A stretch of 64,000 bases of DNA from positions 1 to 64,000 of IMG/VR virus record IMGVR_UViG_3300029454_000001, one strand, 5' to 3'. The translations under genes were made by a program, and so were the position numbers. The notes beneath the pieces were generated by a model. It did no database searches. It saw only the letters and a program-made list of their open reading frames with translations, and was not told where the DNA came from. Positions 51,224-59,297 of this stretch are shown piece by piece; positions within the stretch are counted from its first letter, which is position 1; the number at the start of each line of letters is the position of its first letter. This DNA comes from a virus.

Positions 51224-51814
51224 TTAAAGCTCCGGTTTTTCCATCTCTGGAAGTTGTAAAGCGGCTTTGTGCTTCTCTGCGATCTGCTGCGCGGTCTGCT
51301 GTGGTACGCCATACTGTTGTGTAGCTTGCACCGGTGCAGTTTCTGCCATGCCGTATGCGGCTTTTGCAACAAATATCAAATTCGCATTTGTTCCGGTCTG
51401 ATTATGCAATCTATTGATTGCGCAGTTTTTACAAATATCAAACCATTTTTTAGCCGTGTCACCATGTGACGAGTTTGTTCTATACACTCCATTCATCCAG
51501 TCAGTAAACGTTGTACGATTAATCCCAACTAAAAAACTAAATACCTCCAATGTTGGCAATACATGATATTTACTGCATAATCTCACATAAGTATTAAACA
51601 TTTTATCTAATAGCTCTATATCATCATTACTTGGTTTTTGTATATGATCTGCAATATAAAAAATCATATCTACAAAGCTGTCTGATACTTCTTTCTTATA
51701 ATTTTCGTTATCTGGTGATATACATAATACAGTATTTATATATTCATCAGCATATATATTAATATTATCTAAATAGATATCTACGTCTTGTATATTTACC
51801 GTATTATCTTTCAT
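51224..51814 (-). CDS. terS: Terminase small subunit (Terminase_2-like)
   Basis: HTH PTLEVFSFLVGINRTTFTDW followed by AKKWFDICKNCAINRL..NANLIFVAKAAYGMAE, the typical TerS pattern. Note that it lies 9 kb from terL. Confidence 0.7.
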   Translation of the reverse strand: MKDNTVNIQDVDIYLDNINIYADEYINTVLCISPDNENYKKEVSDSFVDMIFYIADHIQKPSNDDIELLDKMFNTYVRLCSKYHVLPTLEVFSFLVGINRTTFTDWMNGVYRTNSSHGDTAKKWFDICKNCAINRLHNQTGTNANLIFVAKAAYGMAETAPVQATQQYGVPQQTAQQIAEKHKAALQLPEMEKPEL

Positions 51815-51845
51815 GTTATCACCTCACTTTAGCACGTTAATTTGT

Positions 51846-51916
51846 AAATAAAAAAGAGAATGTCACCAGGTAAAGCTTATCCCCGGAAAACTTCCGGGTG
51901 TTCGGGTACATTCTCT
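51846..51916 (-). terminator. Compound terminator directly upstream of the terS RBS
   Basis: Minus strand outer stem AGAGAAUGU/ACAUUCUCU enclosing CCCGGAA-GUU-UUCCGGG, followed by UUUUUUAUUU. Confidence 0.55.
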
Positions 51917-52143
51917 AAAACTTAAAATAAAATATTCTGTTTTCTTTGTTGCTGATACCTTAACACAGTTTTTAATATCTTGTCAAATTTAATTTTGCAT
52001 AAAATAAAACCCTTTATTTTGTCAGTAATTAATAAATAATATTTGTGGTATTATATTATAATCTTCATTTATATTTATATTATATATATTATTATACGGT
52101 ACTGTATAGCATATCTTTTAATAAACTCTAGCTTTAGGAATCT

Positions 52144-52315
52144 AGGAAGGGCAGAGAATAATTATATAATTATATATAATATAAGGGCGGCTACATTTTC
52201 GCAGATTTGCATAATAAAAGCCAGACCTTCCAGGAGTTTCTATCCGGCGTGATCTGGCTTGTTATGCGTGTTATTTAATTAACGATTCTGTGTACTTTCA
52301 GCCTCTGCCCTTCCT
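52144..52315. repeat. 13-bp perfect inverted repeat pair bracketing about 145 nt
   Basis: AGGAAGGGCAGAG at 52144-52156 and CTCTGCCCTTCCT at 52303-52315. Encloses the hairpin at 52218-52260. Confidence 0.6.
52210..52260 (-). terminator. Terminator-like hairpin on the minus strand
   Basis: AAGCCAGA..(27 nt)..UCUGGCUU followed on the minus strand by UUUAUUAUG. Confidence 0.4.
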
Positions 52316-52394
52316 GAGTTCCGTCAGCTCTCGTTATCTGATAGCCTAAAGAAGTTTTAGAAAAATGTCAAGCGGTATTTAAAAAAAATTTCTC

Positions 52395-52424
52395 TTGACA
52401 ATTTGTGAAAAACTGTGTTATTAA
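52395..52424 (+). promoter_or_regulatory. Plus-strand promoter TTGACA-18-TATTAA with TG extension
   Basis: TTGACA at 52395-52400 and TGTTATTAA at 52416-52424. Confidence 0.45.
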
Positions 52425-52430
52425 AATATT

Positions 52431-52521
52431 AACAGGCTCGGCGGCGGTCTGTACTCTGTCCATAGCCGCCACAAATAAGCATTTTAAAAGCCCCGGGATG
52501 ATTTCCAAGGGCTTTTTCTTT
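52431..52521 (+). ncRNA. Candidate small RNA, convergent with and antisense to the late-operon leader
   Basis: Promoter at 52395-52424, stem GGCGGC..GCCGCC (about 52446-52470), terminator AGCCC..GGGCT plus UUUUUCUUUU. The overlapping ORF 52405..52734 runs through two terminators and is implausible. Confidence 0.3.
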
Positions 52522-52544
52522 TGGGTGGGGCGATTGTTCGCCCC
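52489..52544. terminator. Pair of terminator hairpins between convergent transcription units
   Basis: AGCCC(52489-93)/GGGCT(52509-13) has U-runs on both strands. GGGGCGA-TTGT-TCGCCCC (52527-44) is followed by TTTTGG on the plus strand. Confidence 0.6.
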
Positions 52545-52550
52545 TTTTGG

Positions 52551-52709
52551 TTATTCGTTTTCCTTCGTGGTTTCTTTGAGCAGTCCGGCTGAGTGTTTAC
52601 GGATTTCGTTGTTCATTTCTCGGACTTCCTCAATGGTTTCGCATTTGTCTGTCGCTGTTGTGATCAACCAAGCAATAAACTGTAACTGTTTGTCTGTCAT
52701 GTTCTCCAT
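52551..52709 (-). CDS. Small protein (52 aa), first ORF after the consensus minus-strand promoter
   Basis: Internal Met after AAAGGAGAAAAA. MENMTDKQLQFIAWLITTATDKCETIEEVREMNNEIRKH. Confidence 0.45.
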   Translation of the reverse strand: MENMTDKQLQFIAWLITTATDKCETIEEVREMNNEIRKHSAGLLKETTKENE

Positions 52710-52758
52710 TTTTTCTCCTTTCTGTGGTTTATAAGGTTCTTTGTTCCTTACAAGTATT

Positions 52759-52787
52759 ATTATATCTCTATTTTTAGTGATTGTCAA
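52759..52787 (-). promoter_or_regulatory. Perfect consensus promoter TTGACA-17-TATAAT
   Basis: Minus strand TTGACA (52787-82), spacer ATCACTAAAAATAGAGA, TATAAT (52764-59). The spacer is operator copy O1. Confidence 0.65.
52765..52780. promoter_or_regulatory. Operator-like dyad O1 (TCTCTATTTTTAGTGA)
   Basis: One of three near-identical 16-mers. Half-sites TCNCTA / TAGNGA form an inverted repeat. Confidence 0.45.
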
Positions 52788-53037
52788 TATTTTGTTCACA
52801 TATTTTAGAGATTATTTTTTCTCTATCGTTGTCTGTTTCAACATATTTTATAATATCTCTAGGTTGCATTTCAAGAACGGCACAAAGTCTATTCAAATTG
52901 TCTAAAGAAATCGTTGTGTCTCCTTTTTTAAATTTTTGCATTGTAGCTTGTCCGAAAAGCCCTGTATTTTTAGCTTTTGTGGTATTTATACCGACTTTTG
53001 CAAGCTCTTCTATAACATTAATTTTATATTGTAGCAT
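52774..53037 (-). CDS. XRE-type HTH regulator (87 aa)
   Basis: MLQYKINVIEELAKVGINTTKAKNTGLFGQATMQKFKKGDTTISLDNLNRLCAVLEMQPRDIIKY. Flanked by the three operator copies. Confidence 0.8.
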   Translation of the reverse strand: MLQYKINVIEELAKVGINTTKAKNTGLFGQATMQKFKKGDTTISLDNLNRLCAVLEMQPRDIIKYVETDNDREKIISKICEQNIDNH

Positions 53038-53107
53038 TTGTTTTCCTCCTAATCTTTTACTTTATATATAATGTAGCTTTTTTAATGCTGATTGTCAAGA
53101 ATATTTT

Positions 53108-53123
53108 TCTCTATTTTTTGTGA
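53108..53123. promoter_or_regulatory. Operator-like dyad O2 (TCTCTATTTTTTGTGA)
   Basis: One mismatch to O1. Lies between the two divergent promoters. Confidence 0.4.
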
Positions 53124-53131
53124 ATTATATG

Positions 53132-53160
53132 TTGACATTCTCTAATTTTAGTGATATTAT
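53132..53160 (+). promoter_or_regulatory. Plus-strand promoter TTGACA-17-TATTAT for the cargo operon
   Basis: TTGACA at 53132-37 and TATTAT at 53155-60. The spacer contains operator copy O3. Confidence 0.55.
53139..53154. promoter_or_regulatory. Operator-like dyad O3 (TCTCTAATTTTAGTGA)
   Basis: One mismatch to O1. Sits in the spacer of the plus-strand promoter. Confidence 0.45.
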
Positions 53161-53367
53161 AATTACATCAACAAAGGAACAAAAGAAACAAACAACCGGA
53201 ACCGCCCGAACCACTCAAGCCAATGAGGACATAAGGAAAACGGACTGATTAATTGAAAAATTCTAGTTCCCAGAAAATAAAAAAGCCCGGCGATCTTCCA
53301 AACCAAACCGGGCACCAAACTAAAAAGAAAGGCAACCCTATTATAACAGGGGTAAAGGTGAAAAACA

Positions 53368-53646
53368 ATGAAAAAAATCGAAACATTAGTAATTAGAGGC
53401 CGCAGATGGTTTCAAAAATTATATGGAAATACTTATCACACAGTAACGATTGTCGTAAATGGCCATATTTTAAAAAGTAGTATTCAGTATGGCTATGGAA
53501 ATCAGTATCTTGTTACCGCCGCTGATCTCCTTCGTGAAAATGGTTATGATATTCCAGAGAATACCATGGAAGCATTGAGAATGTTAAAGGATCTTTCTGA
53601 AAACGATTATGAAGTCATTGACGTTAAGAGAAAGAAAGATCTGTAG
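53368..53646 (+). CDS. Hypothetical protein (92 aa)
   Basis: ORF track. RBS AAAGGTGAAAAACA. RGRRWFQKLYGNTYHTV..YGYGNQYL motif seen in mobile-element cargo genes, from memory. Confidence 0.6.
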   Translation: MKKIETLVIRGRRWFQKLYGNTYHTVTIVVNGHILKSSIQYGYGNQYLVTAADLLRENGYDIPENTMEALRMLKDLSENDYEVIDVKRKKDL

Positions 53647-53657
53647 GAGGTGCGTAA

Positions 53658-54035
53658 ATGGTAACAATCAAGAAAGCAACACAAGCACAGACAATCGCTG
53701 CCATAAAAAGCGGCGATTTCTCCGTAATTGATACGATCAATAAAAAAGCCAGAAAAGAAGCAATAGAAATTTTTGCGTCTGTTGCTGGCGGCGTTATTAA
53801 ATTAGCTTACTGGGATATGTCCCCGGTAAAGCGCCGGGACGGTAAAAAGTCTGTAATGCGGTACGCCTTGCACAGATCAACGAAAAAAGAAGACTGTTTA
53901 CAACTCTCCTGTATGGAGCTTATCGGCGGCGCGATCATCCCAACAAGCGACCAACAATTTAAAACAAATGATGATTACGACCGCCGGGAATTTTTCCGCA
54001 GTCTTCCGATCGTTACAAAAATGACTTTAAAATAA
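53658..54035 (+). CDS. Hypothetical protein (125 aa)
   Basis: ORF track. Strong RBS TAGGAGGTGCGTAA. Confidence 0.6.
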   Translation: MVTIKKATQAQTIAAIKSGDFSVIDTINKKARKEAIEIFASVAGGVIKLAYWDMSPVKRRDGKKSVMRYALHRSTKKEDCLQLSCMELIGGAIIPTSDQQFKTNDDYDRREFFRSLPIVTKMTLK

Positions 54036-54123
54036 TAAGGGGCTTAAGATTCCTGGCAAGTTTTTGTACTGTTTATTTTTGGCTTAGCGTATGATATAAT
54101 AACATAAAATGGGGGTAATACAT

Positions 54124-54552
54124 ATGATAATGTTAAAAATGGAAAAATGGGAAAATATTGTAAATGAAACTATTAAACATTTTTTTGATAATTATAAAAT
54201 ATTTGATGATAATAACAAGGATTTAGAAAATAAAAGCCTGTATCAATATATTAATGATTTTTACGAAGAAGACCCGGAAACAGAAATTCTGCACTTTTTA
54301 TTTACTGGTGAAAGCGAATATATCCAATTTGCTGGAAAGTACAATATTTCTTTGTACGATGAATTTTCACAAGAACTTGAAAACAAATTGATTGATGAAT
54401 TTTATTCCCTTAATAAAAAGCAATTTTGCGAAGATCTCGAAAATTTTACAGATTATTTTTTAAGTGAACACACAATTTTATTGAAAACATATATTTATGA
54501 TATTCTTGATAGTTTTACGGCTGAAAAGTTAAAAAACCTTATTTTCAAATAG
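54124..54552 (+). CDS. Hypothetical acidic protein (142 aa)
   Basis: Internal Met after GGGGGTAATACAT in ORF 54109..54552. Confidence 0.55.
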   Translation: MIMLKMEKWENIVNETIKHFFDNYKIFDDNNKDLENKSLYQYINDFYEEDPETEILHFLFTGESEYIQFAGKYNISLYDEFSQELENKLIDEFYSLNKKQFCEDLENFTDYFLSEHTILLKTYIYDILDSFTAEKLKNLIFK

Positions 54553-54557
54553 TTTTC

Positions 54558-54612
54558 ACCGCTTCCCGGTATCCAGCCCGGCGGCACGTTCACGGCGTGC
54601 AAGCGGTTTTTT
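54558..54612 (+). terminator. Compound rho-independent terminator of the plus-strand cargo operon
   Basis: ACCGCTT (54558-64) pairs with AAGCGGT (54601-07), enclosing GCACG-TTCACGG-CGTGC, followed by TTTTTT. Confidence 0.6.
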
Positions 54613-54759
54613 GGCATTCTGCCAGATGCACCTTGCAAAGTTAATATAATAAGTCAATCAATTAATGCGCTTTTTTATCCGTAAATGGCTTTTTATGCTG
54701 TTAATGTGGATTTATGCCACATTTGCATTATAAGCCGTTTATGAGCCTTTAAAACGATT

Positions 54760-54895
54760 TGTAGTGCGTTACATGGTTTATTGACTGTCTGTTGCTATGG
54801 GTGTATAATAGCCTTGTATAGCTATGTGCAGCTATGCTTTATTTGCGTACCGTGTAAATGTGCGTATTATGTCCGCTTATGTGCGTAGCTTGTCC
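54760..54895. repeat. Iteron-like array of (A)TGTGCGTA-type motifs
   Basis: TGCGTA at 54844-49, 54861-66 and 54882-87 (17 and 21 bp apart). Related copies GTGCGTTA at 54764-71 and TATGTGCAGCTA at 54823-34. Also TTGTATA/TATACAA motifs at 54803-54980. Confidence 0.4.
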
Positions 54896-55193
54896 AGTCT
54901 TCCCGGTGATCTGTCGCAGTTGACCTGGCTATATATCAATTAGGGCTATACAACTATATTGTGATATGCTTGTATAACGCCGTATTTGCCTTTTTAAGGC
55001 GTTTTATAATCGTAGTCAATAAAATATAGGATAAATACGTTACAAGCCATTTAAGAATTATTTTGCAAGAGTATTATTGTATTTTTAATCACTGCATTAT
55101 ATGCTGTTTGATGCTACGATCTATTATCTGTGGGCTTTTGGTTCTGATCTGCCAGGGCTACGGCTGACGGTCGGCTTTGTTGGTATTCAATTG

Positions 55194-55243
55194 TTCCCGG
55201 CAGATTCCCGGCTTCATCGGTTCGGCGTGGTATCGGTTCCCGG
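55194..55243. repeat. Three TTCCCGG repeats in a GC-rich noncoding patch
   Basis: TTCCCGG at 55194-200, 55205-11 and 55237-43. ATCGGTTC occurs twice. Overlapping ORFs on both strands lack an RBS. Confidence 0.4.
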
Positions 55244-55377
55244 TGCTGTCCCTTGTTGGTTTGTAGCAACGGAAAAACCGCAGCTGTTAAAGGCTTCAAT
55301 AGTTGCAACTAACTTGTGGATGATTCCTAAATTCTAACATTATTTTGGAAGCCGAAAATCAAGGAAATCTAGAAAAA

Positions 55378-55434
55378 AAGTGGCAACCAGAAAAATTCTC
55401 GCATTTTCTAGCTACCACTTAATTTTTAATTTTG
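55378..55434 (+). terminator. Plus-strand terminator at the end of the GC-rich noncoding patch
   Basis: AAGTGG..CAGAAAA..TTTTCTAG..CCACTT stem followed by AATTTTTAATTTT. Confidence 0.5.
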
Positions 55435-55594
55435 CACAAATATTTCTATAGCGTAAAGTTTTAAATGATTCAAAATTCACAATTTATTTAATCCTTCTTT
55501 CTTCCGTGTTCCATATCTTCTGTGGGATGATTTCTCTAAACGTTCAGTCCGCTTCGTTTGGGACTTGGAAAGTTTCTTCTTTCTCTGGTAATTA

Positions 55595-56260
55595 TCAGTC
55601 GTTGTTCCCATTCACGCCCTCCTTGTTAATCTTCTGATTCCTGGTTTCAAAGTTTATAATTTCCGTGTCTGTTTCCAATTCTTCCGGGATTCTTCCAACA
55701 ATTATAACTCGCAGCGGCTTCAATCTGCGCTCCATTTCCTTGAAACCAACGCAAAACTCCAACCGTGCTGCCTTGCTCTTTACTCTTCCATTGGTGCAAC
55801 AGGCAACTGTGCTTCCCTCCGGCAGTCCATCAAAGCACCAGTCCCAACAGTATTCTGGTAATATGCTTACGTTCGGAATTACTGGAATATCATTCAGGAC
55901 CATGTAGTGAGCCAGTGCATGATTGCGATATTTGTTCCACAGGCACATTACCAGTGGCATTCCATTCTTGCCAACTGATATGCTGAAATCCGGCATAATG
56001 ACTGCATGAAAACATTTTAAATGCTTAATATACTTGTCTGGCTGATTCCACAATCTTTGAAACTGTACATCGTCCACATAGAAATTTACATCCAGTTCCC
56101 GGTGGTTCTTAATCTTCCGGCTAAAGCTCTCCGCAAAGTCTACAGTATCTTTTCCAGGATGGATAAAAGTCTTTGGGATTTTCGGGATTTCGTACTTACC
56201 ATCAAGGTCTGCATCCGTGATTAAAAATTCTTTCATTACGTCATAAGCTGTATGTATCAT
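55595..56260 (-). CDS. DUF4417 domain protein
   Basis: FYVDDVQFQRLWNQPDKYIKHLKCFHAVIMPDFS..NKYRNHALAHYMVLNDIPVIPNV..WCFDGLPEGSTVA matches DUF4417 as I recall it. Start at the second Met, after GGGAG. Confidence 0.7.
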   Translation of the reverse strand: MIHTAYDVMKEFLITDADLDGKYEIPKIPKTFIHPGKDTVDFAESFSRKIKNHRELDVNFYVDDVQFQRLWNQPDKYIKHLKCFHAVIMPDFSISVGKNGMPLVMCLWNKYRNHALAHYMVLNDIPVIPNVSILPEYCWDWCFDGLPEGSTVACCTNGRVKSKAARLEFCVGFKEMERRLKPLRVIIVGRIPEELETDTEIINFETRNQKINKEGVNGNND

Positions 56261-56284
56261 TGATTCCACTCCCATTTTTTTCTC

Positions 56285-57997
56285 TTATAGTGCTAAAAGG
56301 TACTTATATTTGAAAAATACCATATCTTGTGTCTTAATGCAAGTTTTCCTACTAAATATCTTGTGTTGTTCTGAATGTAGAGTAAAAATCATATCGTCAG
56401 AACGGCGCAAGGGAAACCCCCATTTTTCAAGGCTTCCAGACCTCAATTGAAATGTCAGTGTTGCACATGTAACCGCCAACGGTTCAACGGTAATCTTCTC
56501 AAAAAGTTCATTAACAATCTGCCTGTTAATGTCTTTTTGAGTAACGCCTTTGAACTTTTTTAACTGCTCTTTAATAGCATTTAATTGTATTTCTACTGGT
56601 TCTGGACTTTTGGTGTTTTGTAGCTCTCGAATATGGCTCTCTGTCTGTTTTATCTGTTTTACATATTCTTTGTTTCTTGAAACAAATTCATCATCAGATA
56701 TTTTGCCATCCAGATTATATTCCAGTATTTTTTCACGCTTTTGTTTTAACAGGTCGATCTGTTTTTCAAGTCTCGTGATTTCGTTTATATTGTCTGGAAT
56801 GTTTTTAATTGAGGACTGTAAAATTTCAAAATATTCCTCCAAAATGCTGTCAATATTTTCAGAAGATTTATTAATCAATTCTGCAATTACTTCTTTTAGC
56901 TCTGATTCTGCCAGCCCGAACGAATTGCAAGAAGCTGCTCCATTTTTTATTTTATAGCTGCATACCCATCGAACATCTTCTTTTCCTCTGATGTAATGTT
57001 GCTTCATCCAGTATGGCGCTCCGTCATTTGCGCAGAAAAGTTTTCCGGTGAAAATATTTTCATTCTTAAAAGACGTTCTTCTCGATTTTATAGCTTCTCC
57101 TCGTTCTCTTAAATATGCATTTGCCTTTTCCCAAGTGGCCTCGTCAATGATCTGCGGCACTCTGGAGCCATCATCTTTAAACATTACCCATTCTGACTGC
57201 GGAAGAAATTCTTGTTTCTTGGTGAACATATCGACAACCTTTACTTTTCCTCCACAATAGTATCCTTTGTATTTTGGATTCCGAATAATATTTTTTATGA
57301 CATCCCGGTTGATTTTCCCACCTTTGAAACTTCTGTATCCCATATCCCAGAGTTTTTTTTCTATTCTTGGCGTAGATATTCCGGAAGCGTAATCTTGAAA
57401 AATCATTCGAACCATGTCCGCTTCTTCTGGAACCAGTTCGAGTTTTCCTTGATTGTTTGAGTATCCATACATTCTGTGCCCGAGAACAACACCATTTTTG
57501 ATTGACTGTGCGTGTCCAAATTTTACTCTTGAAGAAAGCTTGCGGATTTCGTCCTGCGCTACCCCAGCCATAATAGTAAGTCTGAACTCACTATCATCAT
57601 CAATAGTGTTAATTCCATCATTTTGGAACCACACGCATACGCCGTAAGATAACAATTCCCTGGTATATTGGATGCTGTCAAGAGTATTTCGCGCAAATCT
57701 TGAAATTTCTTTCGTAATAATCATGTCAATTTTTCCGAGCTTTGCATCTCTGAGCATTCTTTGAAATTCTTCTCTTTTATCCGCATGTATTCCAGAAATA
57801 CCATCATCAATGTAAGAACCAGCAAACTTCCATCTGTTGTTAGAATGTATCAGCTCTTCAAAATGTTCCTCCTGGTGCTTAATGGATGCTTGCTGTTCAA
57901 CTTTTTCAGTAGAAACCCTGGCATAATAAGCAACATTTAGTTCAATGTCGTAAATAGAGCAATTTCTTAATTTTTCTCTGACATAATAAATATTCAT
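56285..57997 (-). CDS. Large serine recombinase (integrase/transposase type, 570 aa)
   Basis: VAYYARVSTEKVEQ catalytic motif, DMIITKEISRFARN, recombinase domain, Cys-containing zinc-ribbon region, long coiled coil. Confidence 0.9.
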   Translation of the reverse strand: MNIYYVREKLRNCSIYDIELNVAYYARVSTEKVEQQASIKHQEEHFEELIHSNNRWKFAGSYIDDGISGIHADKREEFQRMLRDAKLGKIDMIITKEISRFARNTLDSIQYTRELLSYGVCVWFQNDGINTIDDDSEFRLTIMAGVAQDEIRKLSSRVKFGHAQSIKNGVVLGHRMYGYSNNQGKLELVPEEADMVRMIFQDYASGISTPRIEKKLWDMGYRSFKGGKINRDVIKNIIRNPKYKGYYCGGKVKVVDMFTKKQEFLPQSEWVMFKDDGSRVPQIIDEATWEKANAYLRERGEAIKSRRTSFKNENIFTGKLFCANDGAPYWMKQHYIRGKEDVRWVCSYKIKNGAASCNSFGLAESELKEVIAELINKSSENIDSILEEYFEILQSSIKNIPDNINEITRLEKQIDLLKQKREKILEYNLDGKISDDEFVSRNKEYVKQIKQTESHIRELQNTKSPEPVEIQLNAIKEQLKKFKGVTQKDINRQIVNELFEKITVEPLAVTCATLTFQLRSGSLEKWGFPLRRSDDMIFTLHSEQHKIFSRKTCIKTQDMVFFKYKYLLAL

Positions 57998-58078
57998 AGT
58001 GCATTTCTCCCTTAATAAACAGGGAGTGGAATCATATAAAGTATAACACCTCATATAACTCCACTCAATACATTTTCG

Positions 58079-58264
58079 TTACTTTCTAATGCTGATTTCA
58101 GCTTTAATTTTATCTCTTGTTTTCTCATCTATCAGACCAAGTGAGAACATTCTTTCGTTTATGGCATACAATATAGCTTTTTCCATTAATTGTCCCTCCA
58201 TATAATTATCTCGTTTTAAGCGCTGTTTTTCTTTATCTTTTGTATGCCCTATAATTTCTACCAT
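58079..58264 (-). CDS. Hypothetical small protein (61 aa) upstream of the recombinase
   Basis: ORF track. Confidence 0.5.
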   Translation of the reverse strand: MVEIIGHTKDKEKQRLKRDNYMEGQLMEKAILYAINERMFSLGLIDEKTRDKIKAEISIRK

Positions 58265-58315
58265 TATTCTCTTTTGAACGATTCTGCACTATTTTAAGTA
58301 CACAATTATCACGTT

Positions 58316-58528
58316 TCACAACAAATCAAATATATTGACCTGTCCATCAATCTGAGATTCTTCCAGATTGTAAAATTTGCAAGCTATATAATCTGGGTTC
58401 CAATCAATTTCCAGTTCGTATTGTAAACACCGCGGATGCTTACCACCACGGAAGAATCTGCATTCCGAACAGGTATGCTGATAAGCTGTACCGCCAGATC
58501 GCTTATACATTTCGCTTATCTTCCTCAT
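58316..58528 (-). CDS. Cys-containing small protein (70 aa)
   Basis: ORF track. HTCSECRFFRGGKHPRC. Confidence 0.5.
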   Translation of the reverse strand: MRKISEMYKRSGGTAYQHTCSECRFFRGGKHPRCLQYELEIDWNPDYIACKFYNLEESQIDGQVNIFDLL

Positions 58529-58767
58529 AGAATCACTCGCTTTACTCTTGACTTTCCTCTCACTTTCTTCTTGAAGATACCATTTTTAACACAATCCCTC
58601 GGATCACATCCTCTGCTATGTTCTTCGATCAAGATATAATCACAGGTTGCATTTGTACTCCATGCATTTTCGCTCTTGCTGTAATAGTCGCATTTTGAGC
58701 ATTGTCTCCGCTTTAAGCCTATAATTTCAGTGCTTTTTAATTCTCTCCATGGTTTTCTATCTGGCAT
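58525..58767 (-). CDS. Cys-rich small protein (80 aa)
   Basis: Internal Met after GGGAGGTGCGGAAAA. CSKCDYY..CDY..GCDPRDC. Confidence 0.45.
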   Translation of the reverse strand: MPDRKPWRELKSTEIIGLKRRQCSKCDYYSKSENAWSTNATCDYILIEEHSRGCDPRDCVKNGIFKKKVRGKSRVKRVIL

Positions 58768-59297
58768 TTTTCCGCACCTCCCAATCTGGCAGTATCTATA
58801 ATTTTTAAAAGGTCTGGACTTAGTTTTCTTCGTTCCTGTTCTCTCTGCACTTCTGCCCGATACGTCCTTTGAAAATTTGACTGAACTACACTCCACCATG
58901 TACCATCCACATTTTCAGATACCGCCCATTCTCTAAGTTGTGCCGGACTTGATACTGCTTTCTGAATGATTTTTGGAAGCTTATCAAACTCTGCTTCTGC
59001 ATATAATGCAGAGCTTTGAATGGCTCTGCGTACCTTTTCCCATGCTTCCGTTTCATTCAGCTCTTCTTTTTGTGTCTGAAGGCTCTGCGCGCATTGCCGT
59101 AATGCAGCTATTGTAGGTTCTTTCCATTCAGTTTGCATATATTTCTTCAACCCAAAACTTAAAAGCTTGTAATCTATGTCTTTCAAAAGTCCATACCATG
59201 TATCAAAAGCATTCTGATCTGGCAGAAATGATGGAGAAGTGTACACAGCTTTCATTGCCTTTACCAGTACCGCCCATTCTTCCCTTGTCATACCCAA
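58737..59297 (-). CDS. G39P-like helicase loader candidate
   Basis: TREEWAVLVKAMKAVYTSPSFLPDQNAFDTWYGLLKDIDYKLLSFGLKKYMQTEWKEPTIAALRQ fits the loader/inhibitor of G40P pattern. Follows the replisome organizer. No helicase gene in the window. Confidence 0.55.
   Translation of the reverse strand: MGMTREEWAVLVKAMKAVYTSPSFLPDQNAFDTWYGLLKDIDYKLLSFGLKKYMQTEWKEPTIAALRQCAQSLQTQKEELNETEAWEKVRRAIQSSALYAEAEFDKLPKIIQKAVSSPAQLREWAVSENVDGTWWSVVQSNFQRTYRAEVQREQERRKLSPDLLKIIDTARLGGAEKCQIENHGEN

Noticed and set aside
50705-51324. ORFs 50705..51091 and 50944..51324 (+), and 51106..51372 (-)
   Set aside because: No RBS. Their composition is driven by the GC-rich structured element, and they overlap terS or each other.
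52405-52734. ORF 52405..52734 (+), 109 aa
   Set aside because: It runs straight through two strong terminator hairpins and antisense to a better-supported small gene, and it has no RBS.
55101-55337. ORFs 55101..55337 (+) and 55114..55308 (-) as genes
   Set aside because: They are mutually overlapping antisense ORFs in a GC-rich repeat patch, with no RBS and Pro/Gly/Arg-rich nonsense-like sequences. The region is treated as noncoding.
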